A DNA stretch of 64,000 nt from an uncultured Gemmatimonadales bacterium (GCA_963783305.1 CAWAMW010000006.1:64001-128000), one strand, 5' to 3'. Counted from the first letter of the stretch, positions 18,233-28,461 are shown. Translations and numbers: made by a program. Notes: a model not told the origin generated them from the letters alone.

Positions 18233-19930
18233 ATGGAGCGCATCTGGACCCGCCACTATGACGACGGGGTTCCCGCCCACATGGACTTCGAGGAGAAGAC
18301 CCTCCTCGACTACTTCGACGAGTCGACGGCGGAGTGGCGCGACCGACCCGCGCTCACCCTGAAGGGGAAGACCCTCAGCTACGCAGAGCTGAGAGACCAG
18401 GTCGACCGGCTGGCCACCGCCCTGGCTGCGCTGGGAGTCACGAAGGATAGTCGGGTCGCCCTCTGGATGCCGAATCTGCCGCAGATGGTCATCGGCTTCT
18501 TCGCCACCCTCCGGCTCGGCGCGCAGGTGGTGAACACGAACCCGCTGTACGTCGAGCGTGAGATCGTGCACCAGTTCAACGACGCCGGCGTGACCGTTGT
18601 CATCACCCTCGATTTCCTCTGGGATGGCCGCCTGAAGGGTGTCCTCGACCGCACCGGCGTGGAGCACGTCATCGTGACGTCGATCCCCGACTTCCTGCCG
18701 TTCCCCCTCAACTGGCTGGCGCCCTTCAAGCTCAGGAAGACGGGCCAGTACGTGAAGGTGAAGCCGCAGCCCCGCGTCCACTTCCTCAAGGAGCTGTTGA
18801 AAGAGCACGAGCCGGAGCCGCCCCGGCCGAAGATCGGCATGGACCACCTGGCCGTCCTCCAGTACACGGGCGGAACCACGGGCGTCTCGAAGGGCGCCAT
18901 GCTCACGCACCGCAACCTGTCGGTGAACGCGCAGCAGGGCGCGGTGTGGTTCTCGAACGCCCGGAATGGGGAGGAGGTCTTCCTCGGCTGCCTGCCGTAC
19001 TTCCACGTCTTCGGCATGACCGTCTCCATGGTGATTCCGGTGGTGATGGGCGCGCACATCGTTCTTGCCCCCAACCCCCGCGACATCCCGGACCTCGTCA
19101 ACAGCATCAGGAAATACCGCGTCACCCTGTTCCCGGCGGTGCCGGCGCTCTTCGGAGCCATCAACACCTACCCGGGAATCGAGGACATCGACATCTCGAG
19201 CGTGAAGGCCTGCCTCTCCGGTTCGGCGCCCTTGCCTGTGGAGGTGCTGGAGCGGTTCGAGGAACTGACGGGGAGCAAGATCACGGAGGGATTCGGCCTT
19301 ACGGAGACGTCGCCGATGACGCACGCGAACCCGCTGGAGGGTTTGCGGAAAGTGGGATCCGTGGGTGTCCCGTTCCCCGATACCGATATCAAGGTGGTGG
19401 ACGTGGAGACCGGCGAGCAGGAGCTGGAGCTGGGCGAGGACGGCGAGCTCTGCATCAAGGGCCCGCAGGTGATGGAGGGCTACTGGAACCGGCCGGATGA
19501 GACCGCCATCGCCCTCCGGGACGGATGGCTCTATACGGGCGACCTCGCCCGGATCGACAACGATGGCTTCACCTTCATCGTCGGCCGCAAGAAGGACATG
19601 ATCGTCGCGTCCGGCTACAACGTCTTTCCAGACGAGATCGACCAGGTGCTCTACGCACACCCGGCCGTCCTGGACGCCGCCACCATTGGTATCCCCGACC
19701 CGAAGCGGGGCGAAACGGTGAAGTCGTTCGTAGCCCTGAAGGAGGGCGCCACCGCCAGCGAGGAGGACATCCTGGAGTACTGCCGGAAGGAGATGGCGGT
19801 GTACAAGGTCCCGCGGCAGATCGAGTTCCTGGACGAGATCCCGAAGAGCAGCATGATGAAGATCCTGCGCCGGGAGCTGCGGGACCGGGAACTGGCAAAG
19901 ACGGAAGGCGGGCGGACGGGCCGGGCCTGA
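18233..19930 (+). CDS. fadD: Long-chain-fatty-acid--CoA ligase
   Basis: YTGGTTGVSKGA, EGFGLTETSP, GPQVMEGYW, TGD, GRKKDMI, C-terminal KILRR. Confidence 0.93.
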   Translation: MERIWTRHYDDGVPAHMDFEEKTLLDYFDESTAEWRDRPALTLKGKTLSYAELRDQVDRLATALAALGVTKDSRVALWMPNLPQMVIGFFATLRLGAQVVNTNPLYVEREIVHQFNDAGVTVVITLDFLWDGRLKGVLDRTGVEHVIVTSIPDFLPFPLNWLAPFKLRKTGQYVKVKPQPRVHFLKELLKEHEPEPPRPKIGMDHLAVLQYTGGTTGVSKGAMLTHRNLSVNAQQGAVWFSNARNGEEVFLGCLPYFHVFGMTVSMVIPVVMGAHIVLAPNPRDIPDLVNSIRKYRVTLFPAVPALFGAINTYPGIEDIDISSVKACLSGSAPLPVEVLERFEELTGSKITEGFGLTETSPMTHANPLEGLRKVGSVGVPFPDTDIKVVDVETGEQELELGEDGELCIKGPQVMEGYWNRPDETAIALRDGWLYTGDLARIDNDGFTFIVGRKKDMIVASGYNVFPDEIDQVLYAHPAVLDAATIGIPDPKRGETVKSFVALKEGATASEEDILEYCRKEMAVYKVPRQIEFLDEIPKSSMMKILRRELRDRELAKTEGGRTGRA

Positions 19931-19956
19931 CGGGGACCTTGGCCCCCGCGGCCCAG

Positions 19957-19990
19957 CTCGTTAAATTACGACTCGTAAATTTACGACTCG
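19957..19990. promoter_or_regulatory. Tandem 15-bp repeat containing a perfect 14-bp palindrome upstream of the ATPase gene
   Basis: CTCGTTAAATTACGA CTCGTAAATTTACGA CTCG; TCGTAAATTTACGA (19973-19986) is self-complementary. Confidence 0.7.
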
Positions 19991-20005
19991 CACCCCGGCG
20001 ACCCC

Positions 20006-21160
20006 ATGAGCCATACCCCATTCCGGATCGGCGACCACGTCACCGGCGCGTTCTTCACCGACCGGGCGGCGGAGGTGAGCCGGATCGTGCGTGCGCTGCG
20101 GGAGCCGACGCGGCTGCTCGTGTTCGGAGCGCGGCGGGTGGGGAAGAGCTCGGCGATCGCGGTGGCGATGGAGCGGGCGCGGGCGGAGGGGGTGCTGGTG
20201 GTGCGGGCGGACCTCTCGACGGCGAGCAGCCTGGTGGACGTGGCGAACCGGCTGCTGCACTCGTTGTCGGGGCAGCGGCCGGGGGACCGGCTGGCGGAGC
20301 TGGCGGCTGCGCTGTCGCCGCACGTGACCCTGTCGTTCGACGAGGCGTCGGGGGCGCCGCGGCTGGCGTTCGGGGTCGCGCGTCGTCGTGAGGCGGAGGA
20401 AGGGCAGCGGCGGTCGCTGGAGTCGGTGATCGAGCGGCTGGCGAAGGGGGTGGGTTCTGGGTCGGGGGAGTCGGAGCGGGTGGCGGTGGTCCTGGACGAG
20501 TTCCAGGCGATCCGACGGCTGGGCGGCGAATCGGGGGAGTGGTACCTGCGGGACCTGATCCAGCGTCACGGGGAGCTGAGTTTCGTGTGCGCGGGGTCGG
20601 AGGTGACGCTCATTCACGAGATGCTGGGGCAGGACCGAGCGTTTTTTCGGGCGTTCGAGCTGCTGCACCTGGGGGCGATCGACGCGGACCACCTCGGCCG
20701 CTGGATCGATGACCGGCTTACGGGGGCGGGGGTCGCCGCGAAGGGAGTGGGTGCGGCGGTCATCGCCGCGGTGGGCCCACGCACGCAGGACGTGCTGCAG
20801 GTGGCGCGGCACGTCCACGCGCGCGGCGTGGGTGCGGGCGTGGTGGGTGCGGACGACGTGGAAGAGGCGGTGCTGGACGTGGTTCGGGAGGAGGACCCCG
20901 TGATCCGGACCACGTGGCTCAACCTGACTGCGCACCAGCAGAACGTGCTTCGTGCGGTGGCGTCGGGAGTGGACCAGCTGTTCGCGTCGGCGACGCGGGA
21001 GCGGTTCGGTCTGTCCACGTCCTCGACGGTTGCCACGGCCGTGGACGCTCTCGAGTCGAGGGGGATCCTCTTCCGGGAGGGCGAGGCCATCACCTTCGAC
21101 AGCCCGTTCGTTCGCTGCTGGGTGGAGCGCGAGGCACTGCCCGACGTCCCGCCTCACTGA
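20006..21160 (+). CDS. P-loop ATPase (archaeal-ATPase/STAND-like) with C-terminal winged helix
   Basis: FFTDRAAE, Walker A GARRVGKS, Walker B VVLDEFQ, FVCAGS; C-terminal STVATAVDALESRGIL...FDSPF..W. Confidence 0.85.
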   Translation: MSHTPFRIGDHVTGAFFTDRAAEVSRIVRALREPTRLLVFGARRVGKSSAIAVAMERARAEGVLVVRADLSTASSLVDVANRLLHSLSGQRPGDRLAELAAALSPHVTLSFDEASGAPRLAFGVARRREAEEGQRRSLESVIERLAKGVGSGSGESERVAVVLDEFQAIRRLGGESGEWYLRDLIQRHGELSFVCAGSEVTLIHEMLGQDRAFFRAFELLHLGAIDADHLGRWIDDRLTGAGVAAKGVGAAVIAAVGPRTQDVLQVARHVHARGVGAGVVGADDVEEAVLDVVREEDPVIRTTWLNLTAHQQNVLRAVASGVDQLFASATRERFGLSTSSTVATAVDALESRGILFREGEAITFDSPFVRCWVEREALPDVPPH

Positions 21161-21172
21161 CCCCCGGGAACG

Positions 21173-21997
21173 TCACCGCCCGGCGAGGAACTCGAGCGAG
21201 AGGCGGTTGAAGGTGTCCGGCCGCTCCACCGTGCAGACGTGGCCGCAGCGCTCGATGACGTGCAGCCGCGCGCTGGCGTGCTTCGCGGCCATGGCGCGGG
21301 CGCCGTCGATGAACATGTGGTCCTGGTCGCCCATGATGTAGAGGGTGGGAATGCCGGGGTCGCGGGCCGCGAAGCACCGGAGCCGTGCCGGCAGCTCGTG
21401 GGTAACCGGGAGCCAGCGGAGGAACTCGGCGCGTGTGAGTTGTCGCGCCTGGTCGACCACCATGCGGCGGCTCTCGCCGTGGTTCTTTCGCGGAAGAAGC
21501 ACCCAGGCGTAGAAGCGGTAGAGCCAGAGATGGGGGACGAAGCGCTTGAGTGCGTGGGCGAGGGCGATCAGGAGCCGGGCGCGGCGCTTCAGATCGACCA
21601 CGGCGCCGGCCATGACCATGGACCGGACGCGCCCGGGCGCGAGGTCGGCCACGCTCCGGACCACAATGCACCCCATGGACACGCCGAGGAAGTGAGCGTG
21701 GTCGATGCCGTGGTGATCGAGGAGGTCGAGGACGTCGCGTGCGGCATCGTCGAACGAATGGGGCTCGCGTCCGGCTTCTTCCGGCGGGCGGGCGGACCCG
21801 CCGTGGCCGCGCAGGTCGGGAAGCAGCAGGTTGTAGCGTGCGCGGTACGCTTCGATCTGCCGCGCCCAGATGTCGCTGGTGACGCCGGCGCCGTGGACCA
21901 GGACCGCCCATGGGGCGTCCGGATCGTTCCGGTGGACCGTGTGGTGCAGGAGCGGCGCGGGGTCGGGCGGCGGGTCGGGCCGTGGGTCGGAAGGCAT
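21173..21997 (-). CDS. Alpha/beta hydrolase
   Basis: LVHGAG, PDLRGHGGS, nucleophile elbow GVSMG, GDQD, CGHVC. Confidence 0.9.
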   Translation of the reverse strand: MPSDPRPDPPPDPAPLLHHTVHRNDPDAPWAVLVHGAGVTSDIWARQIEAYRARYNLLLPDLRGHGGSARPPEEAGREPHSFDDAARDVLDLLDHHGIDHAHFLGVSMGCIVVRSVADLAPGRVRSMVMAGAVVDLKRRARLLIALAHALKRFVPHLWLYRFYAWVLLPRKNHGESRRMVVDQARQLTRAEFLRWLPVTHELPARLRCFAARDPGIPTLYIMGDQDHMFIDGARAMAAKHASARLHVIERCGHVCTVERPDTFNRLSLEFLAGR

Positions 21998-22073
21998 GCC
22001 TCGGCGTGGATCGGGTGGGCTCAATGTCGGCGATGGGGACCAGTGCAGAAAGCGTACTCGTGAGGCGAACCAC

Positions 22074-23351
22074 ATGACCATGTTCGAGCTGCTGGCCATA
22101 CTGGTCACTGTCACCGCTCTGCTGGGGTGGGTGAACGAGCGGTGGCTCGGCGTGAACCCGGTCGTGGGCGTGACGCTGGGCGGGCTGATCGTCTCCGTCG
22201 TCCTTCTCGTGCTGGGGCAGCTGGGGGTGTGGGGGTTCGGCGCCGAGTTCGCCGCCGGGACGCTGGCCCGTCTCGATTTCGACGACTTCCTGCTCCACGG
22301 TCTGCTGGGCGCCATCCTGTTCGCGGGCGCGCTGGACATCGAGCTGAACGAGCTCATGTCGAACCGCTGGCTCATTCTGGTCCTGGCCACGGTGGGCGTG
22401 GTGCTCTCCACTTTCCTGGTGGGCACGGGGATCTGGCTTCTGGTGGGGGGGATCGGGCTCTCGATCCCGTACCTGTATGCGCTCGTGTTCGGCTCCCTCA
22501 TCTCGCCCACGGACCCGGTGGCGGTGCTGGCGATCCTGAAGCGGGCGAGGGTCCCCGCGGACCTCACGGCGCTCATCAGTGGTGAGAGCCTCTTCAACGA
22601 TGGCATCGGCGTGGTGGTGTTCACGGTGGTCCTGGGCGTAGCCACCACAGGGCACGCCACCATGCTCCACGTCGCCGAGCTGTTCCTCGTAGAGGCCGTG
22701 GGCGGAATCGCGTTCGGGCTCGTGCTGGGGTACATGGCGTTCTTCATGCTGAGGAGCGTCGACGACTACACCGTGGAGATCCTGATCACCCTGGCGGTGG
22801 TGACGGGCGGGTACGCGCTGGCGCTCCGGCTCCACACGTCGGGGCCACTGGCCATGGTCGTGGCCGGGCTCCTGATCGGGAACCGCGGTCGCGCGCTGGC
22901 GATGTCGGAGGAGACGCGGCATAACCTGGACACGTTCTGGGTGGTGGTGGACGAGACGCTGAACGCGATGCTCTTTCTCCTGATCGGCCTGGAGGTGTTG
23001 GCGCTGGAGCTCCGGTGGGAGTTCCTGGCCGCGGGGGCACTGACCGTCCCGCTCGTCCTGGGGGCCCGGTTCGTCAGCGTGACGCTCCCCATCTCGGCCA
23101 TCCGGCTCCGGTCGGACGTGAAGCCGTACACCGTCCGGATGCTGACCTGGGGCGGGCTCCGGGGCGGGATCGCCATCGCCCTTGCCCTGTCGATCCCGCC
23201 GGGTCCGGAGCGCGGCCTGATCCTCTCCCTCACGTACGTGGTCGTGGTCTTCTCGATCCTGGTCCAGGGGCTGACCGTCGAGCCACTGGCGCGCCGGCAG
23301 GCGAGCGTGCTCAAGGGTGCGGCCGTGTACCAGGACGACGTCACGCCGTAG
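22074..23351 (+). CDS. Na+/H+ antiporter, CPA1/NhaP family
   Basis: ISPTDPVAV, GESLFNDG, WGGLRGGIAIALAL, SILVQGLT; about 12 TM segments. Confidence 0.95.
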   Translation: MTMFELLAILVTVTALLGWVNERWLGVNPVVGVTLGGLIVSVVLLVLGQLGVWGFGAEFAAGTLARLDFDDFLLHGLLGAILFAGALDIELNELMSNRWLILVLATVGVVLSTFLVGTGIWLLVGGIGLSIPYLYALVFGSLISPTDPVAVLAILKRARVPADLTALISGESLFNDGIGVVVFTVVLGVATTGHATMLHVAELFLVEAVGGIAFGLVLGYMAFFMLRSVDDYTVEILITLAVVTGGYALALRLHTSGPLAMVVAGLLIGNRGRALAMSEETRHNLDTFWVVVDETLNAMLFLLIGLEVLALELRWEFLAAGALTVPLVLGARFVSVTLPISAIRLRSDVKPYTVRMLTWGGLRGGIAIALALSIPPGPERGLILSLTYVVVVFSILVQGLTVEPLARRQASVLKGAAVYQDDVTP

Positions 23352-23426
23352 CGCCCCTTGCCATGCCGTCGCCTCGATGCGTTACCTTCCGTCGGAAATC
23401 GACCTGTCCATCCGACGATAGTCCTG

Positions 23427-25709
23427 ATGAATATCCTGATCGTAGAGTCCGGCGCCAAGGCGAAGACGCTCCAGAAGTACCTGGGCGAGGGGTGGAGCGT
23501 GCTTGCCACCGGCGGACACATCGAGACGCTGCCCAATGACCGTAAGCTGCACGGCAAGGACGCCAGCAAAGCGTTCTGGGCCAATCGGCCGGGTCAGCTG
23601 CCGTCGCCCCCGTGGGTCCCCACCGACCGGGGCGGCGACGCGGTGAAGAAGATCCTGGCCGAGGCCGGCGACGATGCCACGTTCTGGATCGCCACCGACC
23701 CGGATCGCGAGGGCGAGTTCATCGCGTGGTCGCTCCAGCGGCTGCTGGAGAAGCGGGGCCCGACGCACCGGGTCGCATTCCAGGAGGTCACGAAGGAGGC
23801 CGTGGAGGCGGCGATCGCGCGGCCCCGTGCGGTGGACAGCCGGATGGTCGACAGCGCGCTCGTCCGGAAGTTCCTGGACCGGCTGGTGGGGTACCGCGCG
23901 TCGAAGATGGCCAACGCCGTGGTCCCGGGCCGGGGCGCGTCCATGGGCCGTGTGCAGACGCCCACACTCGGGTTCGTGGTGGAGCGTGAGCTGGAACGAG
24001 AGGCCCACGTGCCGATCCCGTATTTCGAGGTCCATGCCGTGGCGCAGGGGATCGATCTGGAGGTACGGTTCCACGAGCCGGAGGACGACGATGCGTGGCG
24101 CGACGAGGTCGGCAAGGCCCATCCGTCGCGTACCTTCGATGGCGAGCTGGCCCGGGAGGCGCTGGACGCGCTCGAGGCAGCGGGCGCGGTGACGATCACG
24201 GGGACGAAGTCGAGCACGCGCCAGCGCCGCCCGTCGGCGCCGTTTTCCACCGACGCGCTCCTCCAGGTCGCCGGCTCACGCTTCGGCTGGTCGCCCCGGA
24301 AAACTTCCGCGCTCGCCTCCATGCTCTACGAGGCCGGTCACATCACCTACATCCGGACCGACTCCACGCGTCTCGCCACGTCGGCGGTGCAGAAGGCGCG
24401 GGCGGTGGTGGAGGAGTCGTGGGGCGCGGACCACCTGGGGCACGCGTCGAGCGCGAACGTCGCCACAGGCCCCACGCAGGACGCCCACGAGGCCATCCGT
24501 CCCACGCGCCTGGAGGTGGAGGAGCCCGATGTGGAGGACGGCGACGCCCGTCGCCTCTACCGCCTCGTCCGCGCCCACACCCTCGCCAGTCAGATGGCGC
24601 CCTCGCAGCGCTCGAGCGTGAGCATCGGCGCCGCCTGCGACGGCCTGCCGACGCCGCTTACCGGCAGCGTGTCCTGGCGCACCTTCGACGGGTGGGAGGC
24701 CGCGTATGCCGAGTTCATGAGCGATGTGGCCACTTCGCCGCCGGATGTGGCGCTGGACGAGGGCGCCGTGTGGCCGTTGGATCCGGCGCTGGACGAGCGC
24801 GACAACCCGCTCCTGGTCGAGGACGAGACCCGGCCTCCGACCCGGTTCCGGCCTCACACGCTGATCAAGGCCATGAAGGACGCCGGGATCGGCCGGCCTT
24901 CCACGTACAGCCGCACCGTGGACAAGCTGGAAGAGCGGGACTACGTGGAGATGGAGGACGGCGCACTGGTGCCCACGGACCGCGGGCGCGCTGTCTGGAC
25001 GGAGGCAGCGCCCCTCTACTCCGAGGATACCGAGGACGACGGCACCGACGCGGTCGAGCTGTTCAGCCCCGAGTTCACCGCGGGGATGGAGGAGCGCCTC
25101 GACCAGATCGCCAGCGGTGAGGTGCCGGCGCCTCATACGTGGGAGGAGTGGCGCGACCAGATCCGCGACCTCCACCTGTCGGCGCAGGAGAAGAAGAAGG
25201 CCGGGGCCATGGTGCCCGCGCAGAAGAAGATGCTGAAGCGGCTGCTGGAGAACGCGCCGGAGGAGGTCCGGGCGGCCCACGGGGGCGAGGTCTCGGGTCT
25301 GTCGTACGAGGAGGCGCGGTCGCTCATCGCGGAGCTCCGGGATTCGGGCGTGAAACCCGTTGCGACCGAGGGTCAGCTGAGCTATCTGGAGGAGCTGGTC
25401 AGCGATCTGGAGATGTCCGATGACGAGCTCGAGGCGCTTACCGGCGTGCGCGCTCTCGATCAGATCCGGAACAGCGATCAGGCGAGCGCGGCCATCACGG
25501 AGCTCAAGCGTGTCCACGAGGAGCGCCGCCCGGCCAGCGCGAAACAGCGCCGGTTCATCGCCGACCTCGTCAAGGACTCGGGCCTCACCGCGGCCGAGGC
25601 CGCGAAGCTCGTGGACGCCGCGTCGCTCGACGAGCTCACCGGCGGCAGCGAGGGGACAGCCAGCGAGCTGATCGACCTGCTCCAGGAGCGGGCCAAGAAG
25701 AAGGGGTAG
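23427..25709 (+). CDS. Type IA DNA topoisomerase with atypical C-terminal helical repeats (no zinc ribbons)
   Basis: TOPRIM LIVESGAKAKT, ATDPDREGEFIAW, GRVQTPTL, catalytic GHITYIRTDS, QDAHEAIRPT, GIGRPSTY, FTA.MEE.LD.I. Confidence 0.92.
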   Translation: MNILIVESGAKAKTLQKYLGEGWSVLATGGHIETLPNDRKLHGKDASKAFWANRPGQLPSPPWVPTDRGGDAVKKILAEAGDDATFWIATDPDREGEFIAWSLQRLLEKRGPTHRVAFQEVTKEAVEAAIARPRAVDSRMVDSALVRKFLDRLVGYRASKMANAVVPGRGASMGRVQTPTLGFVVERELEREAHVPIPYFEVHAVAQGIDLEVRFHEPEDDDAWRDEVGKAHPSRTFDGELAREALDALEAAGAVTITGTKSSTRQRRPSAPFSTDALLQVAGSRFGWSPRKTSALASMLYEAGHITYIRTDSTRLATSAVQKARAVVEESWGADHLGHASSANVATGPTQDAHEAIRPTRLEVEEPDVEDGDARRLYRLVRAHTLASQMAPSQRSSVSIGAACDGLPTPLTGSVSWRTFDGWEAAYAEFMSDVATSPPDVALDEGAVWPLDPALDERDNPLLVEDETRPPTRFRPHTLIKAMKDAGIGRPSTYSRTVDKLEERDYVEMEDGALVPTDRGRAVWTEAAPLYSEDTEDDGTDAVELFSPEFTAGMEERLDQIASGEVPAPHTWEEWRDQIRDLHLSAQEKKKAGAMVPAQKKMLKRLLENAPEEVRAAHGGEVSGLSYEEARSLIAELRDSGVKPVATEGQLSYLEELVSDLEMSDDELEALTGVRALDQIRNSDQASAAITELKRVHEERRPASAKQRRFIADLVKDSGLTAAEAAKLVDAASLDELTGGSEGTASELIDLLQERAKKKG

Positions 25710-25722
25710 GGGAGGGCGACCC

Positions 25723-26772
25723 GTGGACCGCCGCTCCCGCGCCACCGGCTGCCTGCTGGCCGGCGCCGCCGGCGACGCGCTGGGCGCACCCGTCGAGTTC
25801 CTGTCGCTCGCCGAGATCCGCCGCCGCTACGGCCCCGCCGGCATCCGCGATCTCGATTGCGCGTACGGCCGCGTGGGTGCGATCACCGATGACACCCAGA
25901 TGACGCTCTTCACCGCCGATGGTCTGCTGCGCGCAGGCGGCGCGGAGCGTGAGACGGTGCGCCGCGCCGTGTACCACGCCTACCTTCGCTGGTACTCCAC
26001 CCAGGGGGAGGACCCGCCCGCCGACCCCGGCCCGCCCGGGTGGCTCCTGGGGCTGGCCGAGCTGCACGCTCGCCGCGGCCCCGGCAACACCTGCCTCGGG
26101 GCCCTCGGCTCCGGAGCGATGGGTTCGCGGGAACGGCGGATCAATCACAGCAAGGGCTGCGGCGGCGTGATGCGCGTCGCGCCCGCGGGTCTCATCGGGA
26201 CCGACGACCCGTTCTCCCTCGGCTGCGACACCGCCGCCATCACGCACTCGCACCCCGCTGGCTTCCTTTCCGCCGGATTCCTCGCGCTGCTCCTCCACCG
26301 GATCCTCCGGGGCGATCCTCTGCACGCGGCCATCGACGCGGCCGCGGAGCGGCTCGCGGCGGAACCCGAGCATGAGGAGACCTCCGCCGCCGTTCACGCC
26401 GCGCGGGCGGCCGCGCAGACCCTTGCGGCGGACGCGTCCGCCGCGGCCGACGGCGCGACGCCCGAGGCGGTGGAGCGGCTGGGTGGCGGCTGGGTGGGAG
26501 AGGAGGCGCTGGCCATTGCGCTCTTCTGCGTCCTTGCGCACCCCACCGACCTCGAGGCCGCCGTCATCCTCGCCGCCAACCATTCCGGCGACACCGACAG
26601 CACGGCCGCCATCACCGGACAGATCATGGGTGCGCTGCTCGGACGGGATGCGGTCCCCGGGCGCTGGCTGGAGTCGCTGGAGCTGCGGTCGGCGCTGGAG
26701 CGGGTCGCGGCCGACCTCGTCGGCGGTGGGCGGGAAGCCCCGGATTGGCTGGAGCGATACCCGCCGGAGTAG
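25723..26772 (+). CDS. ADP-ribosylglycohydrolase (ARH/DraG family)
   Basis: GDALGAPVEF, ITDDTQMT, SKGCGGVMRVAP, ITHSHP, HSGDTDSTAAITG; GGAGG RBS. Confidence 0.93.
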   Translation: MDRRSRATGCLLAGAAGDALGAPVEFLSLAEIRRRYGPAGIRDLDCAYGRVGAITDDTQMTLFTADGLLRAGGAERETVRRAVYHAYLRWYSTQGEDPPADPGPPGWLLGLAELHARRGPGNTCLGALGSGAMGSRERRINHSKGCGGVMRVAPAGLIGTDDPFSLGCDTAAITHSHPAGFLSAGFLALLLHRILRGDPLHAAIDAAAERLAAEPEHEETSAAVHAARAAAQTLAADASAAADGATPEAVERLGGGWVGEEALAIALFCVLAHPTDLEAAVILAANHSGDTDSTAAITGQIMGALLGRDAVPGRWLESLELRSALERVAADLVGGGREAPDWLERYPPE

Positions 26773-26784
26773 AGGTGGCGGCCC

Positions 26785-28461
26785 CTACCCGCGGCGCTCG
26801 TGCACGGCGTAGTCCAGGCCGCCAATTCGGAACCAGCGGTAGCTGAGAGCCTCGAGGGGCACCCGGTGGACCCCCTCGTCGTCGGCGTTCAGCTCCTCCT
26901 CCCTGAAGAGGTTCGCGAGGCGGAGCCGTCCGCATTCCTCTGCGTCATCCGCCAGGCGGAGCCGCGCCTCCCGCGGCTGGCTGGCGAAGTTGTGAAGCAC
27001 CACGAGCCCGTTCCCACGCCAGTCGTAGCGCAGGGCCAGGCAGTTCTCGACCCCAGGGTCTACGATGGTGGGGCGGCCCCAGCCGATCTCCGGGCACTCC
27101 TTCCGTACCCGGATCATGGTCGCCATCCAGTTCAGGAACGAATCCGGGTCCCGGCGCTGCGCCTCCACGTTCATGTGCCGGAAGCTCCAGACGCCATCGT
27201 CGATGACCGGGTGGACGAGATCGTCCTCCTCGGCGGTGGAGAAGCCCGCGTTCGGCTCGTCGGCCCACTGCATGGGGGTGCGGACGGTCGCGCGGCCCTC
27301 GAGGGAAAGGTCGTCGCCCATCCGCAGCTCGTCGCCGAAGCGGATGACGGGGGTGCCGGGGAGCGAGAACATGACGCTGTACGCCAGCTCCTCGTGCTCG
27401 CGGTCGCCGAGCATGGGGGCGAGCCGGCGCCGGATCCCGCGGCCGAACAGCCGCATGTGCTCCTCCGGCGCGAACTTCTCGAATATCCGCTCCCGCTGCT
27501 CGTCGCTGAGACGGCCCAGGTCGAGCTCGTCGTGGTTGCGGAGGAACTGCGCCCACTGCGATGTGTCCGGGATGTCCGCCGTGGCCTCGATCGCTTCCTT
27601 CAGCGGTCCCACGTCGTCCGTGGCCAGCGCATAGAACAGGTGCTGGTTGACCCAGAAGTTGAACATCATGTGGATCCCCGTTCCGCCGTCCGGGCCGAAG
27701 TAGAACTTGCTGTCCTCCGGCTCCACATTGGCCTCGCCCAGGAAGATCGCGTCGCCCTTCTGCCACTGGAGCAGCCGGCGGAACTGCCGCAGGTACTCGA
27801 ACCGCTTCTCGCCACGCTCTCCGTCCCGCTGGATGGTTTCCAGGAGGAACGGCACCGCGTCCAGGCGGAACCCGGCGACGCCCAGCTCGAGCCAGTACCC
27901 CATGATGCGCTCGATCTCTTCGCGCACCGCCGGGTTCTCCATGTCGAGGTCCGGCTGGAAATCGTAGAAGCGGTGGAAGTAGAAGAGTCCCGCCTTCTCG
28001 TCCCGGGTCCAGGTGCTCTCCTGCTCACCCGGGAAGATCATGCCCGAGTCGGCGTCGGGCGGCCGCTTCTCCGACCACACATACCAGTCGCGGTACGGCG
28101 ACTCCGGGTCCGCGCGCGCCGCCTGGAACCACGGGTGCTCGTCCGACGTGTGGTTCACGACCAGGTCCATGAGCACCTTGATGCCACGCATGTTCGCCTG
28201 GTGCATGAACTCGACGAACTCGCCGCTCGAACCGTGCCGCGGATCCACTCCGTAGTAGTCGCTGATGTCGTAGCCGTTGTCCCGGTTCGGCGTGGTGTTG
28301 AACGGCGCCAGCCACACGGCGTCCACGCCCACGTAGGACAGATAATCCAGCCGCCGTATCAGACCGCGGAAGTCCCCCACGCCGTCCCCGTTGGCGTCCA
28401 GAAACGTCTCCAGGTCGAGACTGTAGATGACGGCGTTCTTGTACCAGAGGTCCTCGATCAT
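26785..28461 (-). CDS. GH13 alpha-amylase family protein (trehalose synthase TreS-like)
   Basis: LWYKNAVIY, DLVVNHTSDEHPWF, GFRLDAVP, GEAN, FLRNHDELDL, RGIRRRLAPML. Confidence 0.9.
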   Translation of the reverse strand: MIEDLWYKNAVIYSLDLETFLDANGDGVGDFRGLIRRLDYLSYVGVDAVWLAPFNTTPNRDNGYDISDYYGVDPRHGSSGEFVEFMHQANMRGIKVLMDLVVNHTSDEHPWFQAARADPESPYRDWYVWSEKRPPDADSGMIFPGEQESTWTRDEKAGLFYFHRFYDFQPDLDMENPAVREEIERIMGYWLELGVAGFRLDAVPFLLETIQRDGERGEKRFEYLRQFRRLLQWQKGDAIFLGEANVEPEDSKFYFGPDGGTGIHMMFNFWVNQHLFYALATDDVGPLKEAIEATADIPDTSQWAQFLRNHDELDLGRLSDEQRERIFEKFAPEEHMRLFGRGIRRRLAPMLGDREHEELAYSVMFSLPGTPVIRFGDELRMGDDLSLEGRATVRTPMQWADEPNAGFSTAEEDDLVHPVIDDGVWSFRHMNVEAQRRDPDSFLNWMATMIRVRKECPEIGWGRPTIVDPGVENCLALRYDWRGNGLVVLHNFASQPREARLRLADDAEECGRLRLANLFREEELNADDEGVHRVPLEALSYRWFRIGGLDYAVHERRG

